Shown: positions 1-9,515 of the stretch, in pieces | Numbering within the stretch: position 1 is the first letter of the stretch | Layout of the letters: the number at the start of each line of letters is the position of its first letter | Source of the DNA: a virus | Lineage: Duplodnaviria; Caudoviricetes | Length of the DNA: 53,982 nucleotides | Reading direction: 5' to 3' (one strand) | Virus record (IMG/VR): IMGVR_UViG_3300044766_000063 | Span: 1-53,982 of that record | The notes under the pieces: model-generated | The model's input: the letters and a program-made list of their open reading frames with translations, nothing else | Database searches by the model: none | What the model was told of the DNA's origin: nothing | Program-made: the position numbers and the translations under genes

Positions 1-96
1 TGCATACGGCAGGCATGTTGTGATCAAGCTCTGACTGTTACGCAGGCACTTGGAATGCTCGATCTTGCGAAATACGATTTGATGAGAAATATGTAA
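1..96 (+). CDS. 3' end of a truncated hypothetical gene
   Basis: Frame 1 is open from base 1 to TAA at 94-96 and is followed by a terminator. Confidence 0.4.
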   Translation, partial: CIRQACCDQALTVTQALGMLDLAKYDLMRNM

Positions 97-110
97 CAGA
101 TAGTTTTTTG

Positions 111-134
111 AAGCCGCCTCCGGGCGGCTTTTTT
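111..134 (+). terminator. Rho-independent terminator
   Basis: AAGCCGCC-tccg-GGCGGCTT followed by a T tract. Confidence 0.75.
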
Positions 135-148
135 ATTGGGAGAAATAA

Positions 149-1120
149 ATGGAAGACGACAAGGAAATCCAAACAACAGAAGAGGGTGAAGTTGTAGGTA
201 CGGGCAATGATGCCCGCCTGAAATTCCTGGCACAGATCAACGACCAAAACGATGCCACTCTGGCAGAGAACGGTGATCTGGCCGATGTGAACGATGACGG
301 CACCACTACTGCGTTTGGTAAACCGGAAACTTTGTCGGATGAAGAAGTCACCCAAAAAGAACTGGATCGTGCTGCTGAAGAAGTAAATCAGGAAGAACAC
401 ACAGAAGAACAACCCAAACACAAGATCAAGGTCAACGGCAAAGAACTGGAACTGACGACCGAGGAACTTGTTCAGCGCGCTCAGAAAGTTGAGTCCGCAG
501 ACGAATATCTGAAAGAAGCCTCCCGCAAAATGCGCGAGGCCGATTTGGTGAAAGAAGCAAAGCCAACACTACCCTCTACCGAGGATGTTGCGGCAAAAGC
601 CATGGAAGACCGGCGTGCGCTTGTCCGCGCAATACAAATGGGCACTGAAGATGAAGCAATGGAAGCAATCGAAAAGTTGCAGAGCAGAAATGTTCCATCC
701 GTTAGCGCGGACGATGTTGCTCGAACTGTTGATGAGCGTCTTACCTTCAATGATGCGGTATCGAGGTTTCAGAAGGACTACAAGGATTTGGCGGAAGACC
801 CTGTACTTTTGAATATCGTCTTGCAACGCGACAAGGAATTGATCGCCCAAGGGGATAAACGAAGCTACCAGGAACGCTATGAGGACATCGGTAACAGTGT
901 ACGGACTTGGAAAGAGGCTTTGACCAAGACTGCCACTCCCGAACCTGAAAAACCTGTATCCGACAAACAAGCCCGTAAAGCATCCGCGCCAGCCGTACCT
1001 CAAGGTGCTGGAACAAAAGCTCCTGCGGCGGTGCAAGACGAAGACAAAGAGGAAACCTCTGCGGAGATTATTTCCAAAATGGCGAAAAGCCGTGGCGGGC
1101 CGCAGTGGCTTCGAGGTTAA
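149..1120 (+). CDS. Capsid scaffolding protein
   Basis: Acidic, coiled-coil-like 323 aa with KIKVNGKELELT segment; directly upstream of the capsid gene; GGAG RBS. Confidence 0.75.
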   Translation: MEDDKEIQTTEEGEVVGTGNDARLKFLAQINDQNDATLAENGDLADVNDDGTTTAFGKPETLSDEEVTQKELDRAAEEVNQEEHTEEQPKHKIKVNGKELELTTEELVQRAQKVESADEYLKEASRKMREADLVKEAKPTLPSTEDVAAKAMEDRRALVRAIQMGTEDEAMEAIEKLQSRNVPSVSADDVARTVDERLTFNDAVSRFQKDYKDLAEDPVLLNIVLQRDKELIAQGDKRSYQERYEDIGNSVRTWKEALTKTATPEPEKPVSDKQARKASAPAVPQGAGTKAPAAVQDEDKEETSAEIISKMAKSRGGPQWLRG

Positions 1121-1142
1121 TCAACTTTAAAGGAGAGCCATC

Positions 1143-2135
1143 ATGGCTGGTCAAGTCTGGGCAGTAAACAGTCTGGGCGGATATATGTATTCCCGCCAAC
1201 TGTCAAACGTCCTTCGCATGGCTGTGCAACCGCTCGTAAAATTCCGTCAGTTTTCGGATGTACGCGATGCTTCGCAGCAAGGTAAAAAGAAGGGCGACAT
1301 TTTCACATGGGACGTATTCTCTGATGTTGCCAATCCGGGCGGCGTGTTGACTGAAACCAACACCATGCCGGAAACAAACTTCACGATTGTTCAGGGTACT
1401 CTGACAATCACTGAAGCTGGCAACAGCGTTCCTTACTCGGGCAAGCTGGACAACCTGTCCAAGTTCCCGGTAATGGAATTGATCCAGAAGGTTCTGAAAA
1501 ACGATGCAGTCAAAACGTTCGACAGACTGGCATGGACGCAATTCAACCAAACGCTGCTGCGCGTAATTCCGACAGCAGGCACTGCAACTGATGCCGTCAC
1601 GCTGTACACCAATGGCACCGTCACAGGCACCAATACCATTGCGTATAACAACGCACACGCCAAAGCAATCGTGGACACAATGAAGGAACGTAACATCCCC
1701 GCTTATCTGGGTGATGACTACTATGCTCTTTCGTGGCCCACCACTCTGCGCGCGTTCAAAAACAATCTGGAAACGATCCACCAGTATTCGGATACGGGTT
1801 TCAAGTTGATCATGAACGGTGAAATTGGCCGTTACGAGAACGTGCGCTACGTTGAGCAAACCAACATTGCCAAAGGTATCGGTACGACCGGCATTGCAAC
1901 TGGCTCAACAGGTGGTGATATGACCGCATGGAGTCAAGGGAAGTCTGACTGGATTTTCTTCTTCGGCAACGACACGGTAGCAGAAGCTATCGCCGTGCCG
2001 GAAGAAATGAGAGGAAAAATTCCTTCTGATTACGGTCGTTCAAAGGGTGTCGCCTGGTACTACTTGGGCGGCTTCGGAATCGTTCACACGCTGGCTGCAA
2101 ACTGCCGGATTGTGAAATGGGACAGCCTCGTTTAA
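1143..2135 (+). CDS. Major capsid protein (N4-gp56-like, HK97 fold)
   Basis: 330 aa; KFRQF..GKKKGD, GEIGRYENVRYVE and DYGRSKGVAWY motifs; strong AAGGAG RBS. Confidence 0.85.
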   Translation: MAGQVWAVNSLGGYMYSRQLSNVLRMAVQPLVKFRQFSDVRDASQQGKKKGDIFTWDVFSDVANPGGVLTETNTMPETNFTIVQGTLTITEAGNSVPYSGKLDNLSKFPVMELIQKVLKNDAVKTFDRLAWTQFNQTLLRVIPTAGTATDAVTLYTNGTVTGTNTIAYNNAHAKAIVDTMKERNIPAYLGDDYYALSWPTTLRAFKNNLETIHQYSDTGFKLIMNGEIGRYENVRYVEQTNIAKGIGTTGIATGSTGGDMTAWSQGKSDWIFFFGNDTVAEAIAVPEEMRGKIPSDYGRSKGVAWYYLGGFGIVHTLAANCRIVKWDSLV

Positions 2136-2147
2136 AGGAGAATAAAA

Positions 2148-2618
2148 ATGTCTCAGAAAAGTATGATGTACGACCATCCCACCTATATCACTCGCGCCAG
2201 TGAAGCTTTTGGTGCAAATACAGCGGGTGCGTCAGCAGCAACATCCAAGTGGGTTGCATTTACCGCTTCGCATGTGTTTTCGATTGCCGCCACTTCTTTT
2301 GTGGTGGGCACTTCGACAACCACAGGCTGGAACGGGACTGCAACAGTAACGGCGACCGGCACTGGCGACCTGATCAGCGGTATTAAGGTATCCGGCACTT
2401 CGACCAGCACTTATGGCCCGTATGCATTGAATGCGGCGCAGGGCGGTTTCCAGCGCATTCAGATTTTCCAGACGGGCGTAGGTTCGGCAACATCGGACGG
2501 TGGCGTGGCATTTGCGGCAGGCGATACTTTCCACATGGTACGCGGCACGGACGCGACTGCGGTGCAGGTAACCTCAATCGAGTACGCCATTGATCCGCTG
2601 GCTTCGGTCAGCGCATAA
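2148..2618 (+). CDS. Putative capsid decoration or minor head protein
   Basis: Ala/Thr/Gly-rich, immediately after the capsid gene, AAGGAG RBS. Confidence 0.55.
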   Translation: MSQKSMMYDHPTYITRASEAFGANTAGASAATSKWVAFTASHVFSIAATSFVVGTSTTTGWNGTATVTATGTGDLISGIKVSGTSTSTYGPYALNAAQGGFQRIQIFQTGVGSATSDGGVAFAAGDTFHMVRGTDATAVQVTSIEYAIDPLASVSA

Positions 2619-2630
2619 AGGAGAACTATC

Positions 2631-3020
2631 ATGTCAGTACAACCAAAATTGCCCGGAGACACCAAGCCTGTATATAAGGGCGAGGTTGAGGCTCCTACCA
2701 AGGGCAACAAGTTCGCCAAGCCTTTCGAGGAAGTAGATGGGGGTATTGCGAATATGGGCGGTCTGTATAACGACATCGGAGAGAAATCGGGCTTCGAGGC
2801 CAGTACAGATGCATATATCGTCAAGAAAGGCACCCCTTACGGCGAAGCAGCAAAGTTCAACATTCTGCCTCCGGGTATGGATATAAACGATCAACCTGTC
2901 CGTGACATCCGCGATATGTCCCTGAAGAAAGTCATTTCAGAGTCGTATCCGGGCGATGGCTGGGAACCTGCACCAAGAGATTTGGCTGAAGGTTATCCAT
3001 CCAAGGGCAGCTTGGCGTAA
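2631..3020 (+). CDS. Hypothetical protein with KFNxxPPGMDINDQ motif
   Basis: AAGGAG RBS; motif shared with 3178-3600. Confidence 0.65.
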   Translation: MSVQPKLPGDTKPVYKGEVEAPTKGNKFAKPFEEVDGGIANMGGLYNDIGEKSGFEASTDAYIVKKGTPYGEAAKFNILPPGMDINDQPVRDIRDMSLKKVISESYPGDGWEPAPRDLAEGYPSKGSLA

Positions 3021-3039
3021 TTCATGTTGCACCCCTCTT

Positions 3040-3070
3040 GCACGGCCTCTAAGCGGGGCCGTGCTTTTTT
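3040..3070 (+). terminator. Rho-independent terminator of the capsid operon
   Basis: GCACGGCC...GGCCGTGC followed by T6. Confidence 0.75.
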
Positions 3071-3071
3071 C

Positions 3072-3151
3072 TGCATCAAGACGCATGAAGGTTTTTGGAT
3101 TGGATGCCGCACATCCATTACCTCGCGGGAACCTTCAGCCGTGTTGGTGTA
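3072..3151 (+). ncRNA. Long hairpin closed by a conserved CATCAAGACGCATG / CAGCCGTGTTGGTGTA helix
   Basis: Arms pair extensively; both arms recur exactly at 52856-52869 and 52960-52975. Confidence 0.55.
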
Positions 3152-3177
3152 CCGCAGTTTAATTTAAGGAGTAAATC

Positions 3178-3600
3178 ATGAGCGGACTTCAAGAAAAGTT
3201 TCAAGTCATTCTTCCGCCAGCACCAAATGAAGATGACGGTACGGAATGGAAAACATTCGAGTCGCAACGTCAGACAGGCGAGGCTGGACAGGCTCACGTA
3301 AACAATCAGTTTGCAGATGAAGAGGTGGACGGGAAATTCAATCTTCCACCTCCCGGTATGGATATTAATGATCAAGCCCGTTTTAATCCGAACAATTTGC
3401 CATTGTCGATGGCGGGCAGTTCGGATGCCTCAGCCGATACCAATCCGCAGGCTTTTGATCAAGGTTTCACTCGTCGTGCAATGAGTGGCACTGATGATCA
3501 ATACACAGGTGAACACGTTGATCATTTCTACGGTGAAGTGGTGGATGAGGATGGGAAAACGGGATTTGTTGAAAGAAATAATTATTTAGACCGACTTTAA
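3178..3600 (+). CDS. Hypothetical acidic protein with KFNxxPPGMDINDQ motif
   Basis: AAGGAG RBS; motif shared with 2631-3020. Confidence 0.65.
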   Translation: MSGLQEKFQVILPPAPNEDDGTEWKTFESQRQTGEAGQAHVNNQFADEEVDGKFNLPPPGMDINDQARFNPNNLPLSMAGSSDASADTNPQAFDQGFTRRAMSGTDDQYTGEHVDHFYGEVVDEDGKTGFVERNNYLDRL

Positions 3601-3614
3601 CGAAAGGAAAAATC

Positions 3615-3902
3615 ATGGCCGTTCGCACAGAAACAATCGTATGGGGTAATGCCCCCCCAGGTGCAATTGTTGATCACGCTGTATTGGTTGTAACCGGAGC
3701 ATTAGGCTCTGTTCAAACAATTGATATTCCCATGGGCGCAAACAGCGTTGACATCCTGCTTGTGCCGGATGTTTATACAGCAACGGTTCAAGCTGTTGAC
3801 GCCGCTCTTAACCCCATCGGCGCATCCGTTACGGATACGTTTGTAATTATGACTCCGGTAATTTTCAGTATTCCGGTGTCAATGTCGGGAACCACAGTCT
3901 GA
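3615..3902 (+). CDS. Hypothetical protein, possible Ig/FN3-like virion protein
   Basis: Beta-rich, YTATVQAVD motif, AAGGA RBS. Confidence 0.5.
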   Translation: MAVRTETIVWGNAPPGAIVDHAVLVVTGALGSVQTIDIPMGANSVDILLVPDVYTATVQAVDAALNPIGASVTDTFVIMTPVIFSIPVSMSGTTV

Positions 3903-3999
3903 TGTTGCGCTTGTTGCGGCGTTTTTTGTTTTGGCTTTTGTGGGTATTTTGCAAACATCATAAGCAACGTATCCCGATCAGCATGACCGGATATACCGA

Positions 4000-5013
4000 A
4001 TGAAATTGGTCTTTGCAATACCCACCTGGAATCGCGCACAACAATTATTTGATTGCGTTACCTCAATTGCAGAACAAAAGCCGGATGCGATTTTCATTTC
4101 CGATAATTATTCCAACGATCAAACACCTGAAGTTTGCAACATTCTAAAAGTTAAATATCCGTTTATCACTTTCATCCGATTGCCGGAACACGTTTTTGCC
4201 GAAGAAAATTTCAAGAAAGTCGTTTCTCTTGCAGAGGGCGACTACATCTGGACTTTTGGGGATGACGATATTTTATTGCCGGGTGCGCTGGATTTTGCAA
4301 GACGCCTGCTTGAACATGGATTGGATTTCTATCACGTAGCAGAAGAAAGCAGAAGCGGAAAGATTGGGGCAAAGAAAGGCACACTTCTTGAACTTTGTTG
4401 TAATTATGGGTTTTTGGATGTAACAGGTTTCATGACCGGCAATATTGTTCGTGCGGAAAAATTGAAAGTAGCCTGCGCAACTAAAAACTGGGGAGTTTAC
4501 GCACATAGCGCATTCGCTCATTCATTGGCGATGCTCGAAGTCCTCGCTCATTGTGAGGCAACGCTAATTGATATTCCGATGATCCGTGCCGCACAGGAAA
4601 GCCCTGAAACGATTGAACGCTGGAAACTCGAACAGACTACAGGACGTTATATCTTCATTGTCGAAGGTTTGATCGTATTGCGCGATGCCGGAATTATCCC
4701 GGACAAATTACCTGAAAAATTTTTTCGTTACCTGAATGGCACATTCATCAAAAGAATGATGAATGACTATCTGGCAAGAACCTTTAATCCAGAAATTCCG
4801 GTAACGGATCATGAATGGAAATGCTTTGAAGAAATAATCCGTTTTATTGACGAGCCTCGCGGTTCCATATTAATGGAGTGGTTCAAGCGGGTGGAAGCTG
4901 CATGTATTAGAGAATTGCCGATTATTCTTGATGCGCTTCAGTCGGTAAAGGATGTAAAGATCGAAGCCAATACGATTCAGTTGCCGGAATATCCATATAC
5001 CTATTTTGATTGA
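4000..5013 (+). CDS. Glycosyltransferase family 2
   Basis: IPTWNR, ISDNYSNDQT and GDYIWTFGDDD motifs of GT-A fold GT2 enzymes. Confidence 0.85.
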   Translation: MKLVFAIPTWNRAQQLFDCVTSIAEQKPDAIFISDNYSNDQTPEVCNILKVKYPFITFIRLPEHVFAEENFKKVVSLAEGDYIWTFGDDDILLPGALDFARRLLEHGLDFYHVAEESRSGKIGAKKGTLLELCCNYGFLDVTGFMTGNIVRAEKLKVACATKNWGVYAHSAFAHSLAMLEVLAHCEATLIDIPMIRAAQESPETIERWKLEQTTGRYIFIVEGLIVLRDAGIIPDKLPEKFFRYLNGTFIKRMMNDYLARTFNPEIPVTDHEWKCFEEIIRFIDEPRGSILMEWFKRVEAACIRELPIILDALQSVKDVKIEANTIQLPEYPYTYFD

Positions 5014-5023
5014 AAGGCGTTTT

Positions 5024-5416
5024 ATGAAACTTGATCTTAAAAAACCGCACGGCGTCATTACTGGTCATTCATGGGCACGCTATGAGCAGGACGGAATCTT
5101 GTACGACCAAATGGGGTATCCAGAAGATTATTTTTATAATAACGATGATGATACCAAGGATGCCAAGCCGAATTTCAAAGAAGACGACGCGGTTGCTTTA
5201 CCCGATCCGCCAGTCGAAAGAGATTTCGCGCTGGAACAGGCAAGCGATTTTCTGATAAATATTTTGGCTCAAGGCCCACTCGCAAGATCGGCCATTTTTA
5301 AGGAAGCCGCCCTCAATAACCAGAACTGGGACAAGATCAAAACAGCGTTTTCAAATTTAGGGGGAGAAGCTTTTCATAAAAGAAATGTGATTCATTGGAG
5401 ATTGAAGACAGCATGA
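5024..5416 (+). CDS. Hypothetical protein
   Basis: ORF in the operon; stop overlaps the next start (ATGA). Confidence 0.6.
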   Translation: MKLDLKKPHGVITGHSWARYEQDGILYDQMGYPEDYFYNNDDDTKDAKPNFKEDDAVALPDPPVERDFALEQASDFLINILAQGPLARSAIFKEAALNNQNWDKIKTAFSNLGGEAFHKRNVIHWRLKTA

Positions 5417-5940
5417 GCGCACCACAATCTGCGGTCGGCCAACACGTCATCTTTGAATTAGTAAAGACAGCAAGCGAATGTCCTCAAGGATGTTTTGTTG
5501 AAGTTGGTGTCCATAAAGGAGGTACAGCGTGGCATCTTGCCAAGTGTGCCGAAGAACAGGGGAGGGAAATTTACCTGTTCGATACTTTTACGGGCATTCC
5601 ATATAAAGGGGAATTCGACTCGCATGTGGTCGGGGATTTCAGTGATACCTCACTTGAGGAAGTACAGAAAATTATCCCTTACGCAAAAATTACTCAGGGT
5701 ATTTTTCCCCAAAGTGCGGAAGGTCTCGACTTACCAGATGTGGCTTTTGTCCATCTGGATTGCGACCAATACCAATCAGTAAAAGAAGCCGCGCTGTTTC
5801 TTTCACCCAAAATGGTGAAGGGCGGGATCATGTGGTTTGACGATTACGGATGCCTTGAAGGAGCCAATATGGCAGTCGATGAATTGTTTGCCGGTCGGAT
5901 TGAAGGCAGCGTTGTAGGGAAATCATTCGTCAGGTTCTGA
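5413..5940 (+). CDS. TylF/MycF-like SAM-dependent sugar O-methyltransferase
   Basis: FVEVGVHKGG, LFDTFTG, FVHLDCDQYQS and GGIMWFDDYG motifs. Confidence 0.85.
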   Translation: MSAPQSAVGQHVIFELVKTASECPQGCFVEVGVHKGGTAWHLAKCAEEQGREIYLFDTFTGIPYKGEFDSHVVGDFSDTSLEEVQKIIPYAKITQGIFPQSAEGLDLPDVAFVHLDCDQYQSVKEAALFLSPKMVKGGIMWFDDYGCLEGANMAVDELFAGRIEGSVVGKSFVRF

Positions 5941-5941
5941 T

Positions 5942-6487
5942 ATGCCAAACAAGATTCAAGACCTGTTCGGCCAGTGGATTCAATTCGACTGCCCGACAGA
6001 TGGTGCAACATTTTCAATCGCAGTAGCAAACAGGGTTTGGGATGTAGGGACACTTACCTGGGTAAGTCAGGTTCAATCCAGCGGCGGCGGTGGAGCGATA
6101 ACTGTTGCCAATGGCGCAGACGTTACAGAAGGTGCCACTACTGACGCCGCAGTGTACGGAGATACCGCAGGGACTATCTCTGCAAAGTTGCGCGGCATAG
6201 ACGCGCTCATGCAGGGTATCGGTACAGCGATTGCTCCTGCTTCAGCCTCGGTTATATCAACAGATTCTGTTGTGATTGCGGCCAACGCTTTACGAAAAAA
6301 AATGGTTGTGATCAATGTTGGCGCGGTCAATGTGTTTTTTGGCGATGGCTTCAGTTCAGCGATGAACAGCGGAATCATGCTGACTCCGAACGGAACGTGG
6401 GTGATGGACAGATACACGTTTACCACAAACGACATTCATGCGATCTGCGCATCTAATTCAACTCTATCTATTCAGGAGTACCAATAA
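5942..6487 (+). CDS. Putative virion structural protein
   Basis: Gly/Ala/Thr-rich with a C-terminal beta domain; lies in the structural operon. Confidence 0.55.
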   Translation: MPNKIQDLFGQWIQFDCPTDGATFSIAVANRVWDVGTLTWVSQVQSSGGGGAITVANGADVTEGATTDAAVYGDTAGTISAKLRGIDALMQGIGTAIAPASASVISTDSVVIAANALRKKMVVINVGAVNVFFGDGFSSAMNSGIMLTPNGTWVMDRYTFTTNDIHAICASNSTLSIQEYQ

Positions 6488-6966
6488 TGGCCGTAGGACA
6501 AACACACGTTTCAGCGAAATTCGTCAGCAACATGTCTCTTACCGGATTGTCGGCTTTGTGGGCAACGAATACAGTCAAGATGGGGATTGTCACCAATACT
6601 TCGCCCCCGGCGATTACAGACTCCGATCCTCGCTGGGGTGCGGGTGGATCGCAAAATTACGCGACGAACGAAGTAACGCCAGGTGGTAACTATTCTGCCG
6701 GTGGCGTCTCGCTTACCGGCACAACCTCCACTCTTTCGGGTGCGGTGACTTCTCTGAACGCGGTTTCCCCGATCACGATTGCCGCCAATGCATCAAATCC
6801 CACGGGCGCATTTTGGGCGGTCTTTTATGACTCGACCGATGCCAACAAGCATGTATTCGGTTACATGGATTTGGGTGGGCCTGTGTCGCTTGTTCCCGGT
6901 CTTCAGATCAACATTAACGGTATATCCAGCGGCACACAGCCACTGATGCAAGGCACGGCAACGTAA
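6487..6966 (+). CDS. Putative virion structural protein
   Basis: NEVTPGGNYSAGGVSL motif typical of phage appendage proteins; TAATG coupling. Confidence 0.6.
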   Translation: MAVGQTHVSAKFVSNMSLTGLSALWATNTVKMGIVTNTSPPAITDSDPRWGAGGSQNYATNEVTPGGNYSAGGVSLTGTTSTLSGAVTSLNAVSPITIAANASNPTGAFWAVFYDSTDANKHVFGYMDLGGPVSLVPGLQININGISSGTQPLMQGTAT

Positions 6967-7244
6967 TGGCAACCGGAACCGGAACTGCAACTATCGACTT
7001 CGGTGCAACGCCCGTCTCGGAAAAGCAGTTTACCGTTACTGATGCGCTGATCGCTGGGACAAATTATGTCGAAGCGTTTGTGATGGTCGATTCAACTGCC
7101 GACAACGATGTTGACGCGCACCGTCATGCTGCTGCCAGTTGGCAATTATCTTGTTTGGCCGGGACAGGAAGTTTTACGCTCGACGTTACATGCCTTGTGG
7201 ATTTGTGTACCGGCACTTTCAAGATCAGATACGCCTACGCATAA
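6966..7244 (+). CDS. Putative small virion protein
   Basis: TAATG coupling; GTATIDFG N-terminus. Confidence 0.55.
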   Translation: MATGTGTATIDFGATPVSEKQFTVTDALIAGTNYVEAFVMVDSTADNDVDAHRHAAASWQLSCLAGTGSFTLDVTCLVDLCTGTFKIRYAYA

Positions 7245-7264
7245 AGTTTTTTAACGCAAAGCAA

Positions 7265-7288
7265 AAGCTCGCCTCGGCGGGTTTTTTT
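7265..7288 (+). terminator. Rho-independent terminator
   Basis: GC stem GCTCGC/GCGGGT followed by a T tract. Confidence 0.6.
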
Positions 7289-7311
7289 GTTGCCCACAAT
7301 AAGGAGTTGTC

Positions 7312-8703
7312 ATGGGATGGTTCAATAAATTACTCGGCAGCACATCGGGGAATGTAGCTGAAGTAAATGCCTCACAAGCATTGCTGGTTGCCCAAACCGG
7401 AATAGCTTCAGTCAGTGTTGCCAACCGCGACCGAATGGTTGACAGCTTTGAACGTTTGAGAGTATCCGAACCGCGCATTGCATTTGAGTACAGCTATGCA
7501 ACATTACCGTCCGCTTCTCCGGCAATTTGGGAAAACACAGCCTTCGGTGCCGGGACGCAAACCCTGAATGCAAACTCATGGATGACCGATCTGAATACCA
7601 CAACCGCGATCAATACCGGCTACTGGATTCAGGCGTATTGCCATGTTCGATATGCGCCGGGTATTTCAACACTGATTCGCCGTACATTCTGTTTTAATGC
7701 CCTGCAATCCGGGCTGGTAATGAAGATTGGATTTTTTACCGATCAAGGAACATTTCCAAGCAACCAGGGTGACGGCATTTATGTTCAGGCAAGCGGCTCG
7801 ACCATATCTCTTGTGCGCAGAACATTTGTAAGTGGAGGCGCAGGCGCAGAAGCCATTGCGGCTCAAGGAACATGGTCTTTGGATAATCTGGACGGGTCAG
7901 GCCCGTCAGGGGTTAATCTGGACTGGACGCTTACGCAACACTTCGTAATTGAAATGCAATGGCTTGGGGTAGGCATTATTCGTATCGGCTTTAATACTCC
8001 ACTCGGTCTGGTATTTGCGCATGAATTTTACAATGTCAACTTGCTGTCTGTGCCGTGGTGTAGAACGGGCACGTTACCAATACGAACGGAATGCTACTCA
8101 ACCTCCGGGTTGGCTACACCCGGCAAACTTTCGCTGATCAACGATGTTGTGATTCAGGAAGGTGATGTAAAGGACAAACGCGGTTGGCGATATTTTGCGG
8201 CTACATCCGGCGCTACAGCAAAGACCATTGGTACGGCAGCTTCGCTTTACCCGATTATGGCTTTAAGAGCTTTATTGACCAACGACACAAGCAAAAGAGC
8301 GCGATTTATTCCGCAAACTCTGAATATCTCTATTCTTACGGTGGGTACAGGTACTACTTCGTTGCAATGGGCATTGCTTGCGGCACCCACCCCGATGACG
8401 GGAGCTACCTTTGCTGTTAGTGCAAGTTCGACAAGTGCCATTGCGGTGGACATCGCGGCGACTGCGACAACCGCTGTAACCGGCTCAACACTGTTTACCG
8501 GAGTATTGCCAAACGTGGTTGGAACTTATGCTTTGCCGCTTGACGGACTGGATGACAACATGATCGTGCCGGGTCAAAACGCGGCAGGCAGTTTGACTAT
8601 AACCGGGATGAATGTGCTTACCTTGGCTGTTGGAACATTGACCGGAACCACGACAGTTGCGCCAGTCATAGTCGGGTCTATTGGTTGGAAAGAAATAGTG
8701 TAA
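7312..8703 (+). CDS. Putative virion appendage or lectin-like protein
   Basis: DNLDGSGPSG..LD and IEMQWLGVGIIRIGF motifs seen in phage structural proteins; AAGGAG RBS. Confidence 0.6.
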   Translation: MGWFNKLLGSTSGNVAEVNASQALLVAQTGIASVSVANRDRMVDSFERLRVSEPRIAFEYSYATLPSASPAIWENTAFGAGTQTLNANSWMTDLNTTTAINTGYWIQAYCHVRYAPGISTLIRRTFCFNALQSGLVMKIGFFTDQGTFPSNQGDGIYVQASGSTISLVRRTFVSGGAGAEAIAAQGTWSLDNLDGSGPSGVNLDWTLTQHFVIEMQWLGVGIIRIGFNTPLGLVFAHEFYNVNLLSVPWCRTGTLPIRTECYSTSGLATPGKLSLINDVVIQEGDVKDKRGWRYFAATSGATAKTIGTAASLYPIMALRALLTNDTSKRARFIPQTLNISILTVGTGTTSLQWALLAAPTPMTGATFAVSASSTSAIAVDIAATATTAVTGSTLFTGVLPNVVGTYALPLDGLDDNMIVPGQNAAGSLTITGMNVLTLAVGTLTGTTTVAPVIVGSIGWKEIV

Positions 8704-8706
8704 GCC

Positions 8707-9231
8707 ATGTCACTACTACTCGCCCTGACGGGTGGTGGTGGTGGAGTTGTAACCGTAAATGCCACGATAGGGGCGTATGGTTGGGCAGGTACAACATCCG
8801 ACACCGTTCAACCTCTCAATGCAATTGTCGGGCAGATTACCTGGACAGGCATTACAGGAACAACCACACAGCTAATTAATGCTTCTCCTGGAACATTTAC
8901 CTGGTCTGGGACTACCGGCACAACCTCTCAGTTAATCAACGCAAGCGTTGGCAATTACAGTTGGTCGGCAACGACCTCTGCGGTTCCACTGCTTGTGGTT
9001 GAAACGGTTGGCGCATTTGCATGGGTCGGCACAACCGCAACTTTCGGCGGCAGTATTGTCACCATAAACGCCTCGGTTGGAACGTATAGCTGGGATGGTG
9101 TGGCAGCGGGAGTGACCCAGTTAATTGATGCTTCTTTTGGCAACTATATCTGGAACGCAACCACGGCAACGTTTGGCGGGATCGTTACTACACCAAAAGC
9201 AAACAGCATCCGTGGCGGCATTTGGAATTGA
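8707..9231 (+). CDS. Repeat-containing fibre-like protein
   Basis: Seven repeats of about 20 aa, NAxxGxxxWxGTT. Confidence 0.6.
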   Translation: MSLLLALTGGGGGVVTVNATIGAYGWAGTTSDTVQPLNAIVGQITWTGITGTTTQLINASPGTFTWSGTTGTTSQLINASVGNYSWSATTSAVPLLVVETVGAFAWVGTTATFGGSIVTINASVGTYSWDGVAAGVTQLIDASFGNYIWNATTATFGGIVTTPKANSIRGGIWN

Positions 9232-9239
9232 GGAAAAAA

Positions 9240-9503
9240 ATGGATACGAGCCAGATAAAACCCAAGGCAGTTTTTGTTGTTAAACGCATGTGGAACAACC
9301 CGGAAATCAGAGCGTATATCGACAAAAAAGAAGTCGGCGCGCAAATGCAGATAAATGATTTTTTGCGCGCACTGACAGAAGAGGTTTACGGAACTCGCAG
9401 CCGTTTTGTGTTGCTTTCAAAATCGGAATTTTTCGACAAGATTTCTCAAGCGGCAGATGGCGTGCAGAGCGCCATGAAAGAAACAACCGCGCATATTGTT
9501 TAA
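9240..9503 (+). CDS. Hypothetical protein
   Basis: GAGGA RBS before ATG at 9240. Confidence 0.55.
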   Translation: MDTSQIKPKAVFVVKRMWNNPEIRAYIDKKEVGAQMQINDFLRALTEEVYGTRSRFVLLSKSEFFDKISQAADGVQSAMKETTAHIV

Positions 9504-9515
9504 GAGGAAACAGTA

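Noticed and set aside
1203-1859. Long antisense ORFs (also 10830-11537 and 51363-51959)
   Set aside because: Shadows of well-supported genes on the opposite strand, with no RBS or motifs
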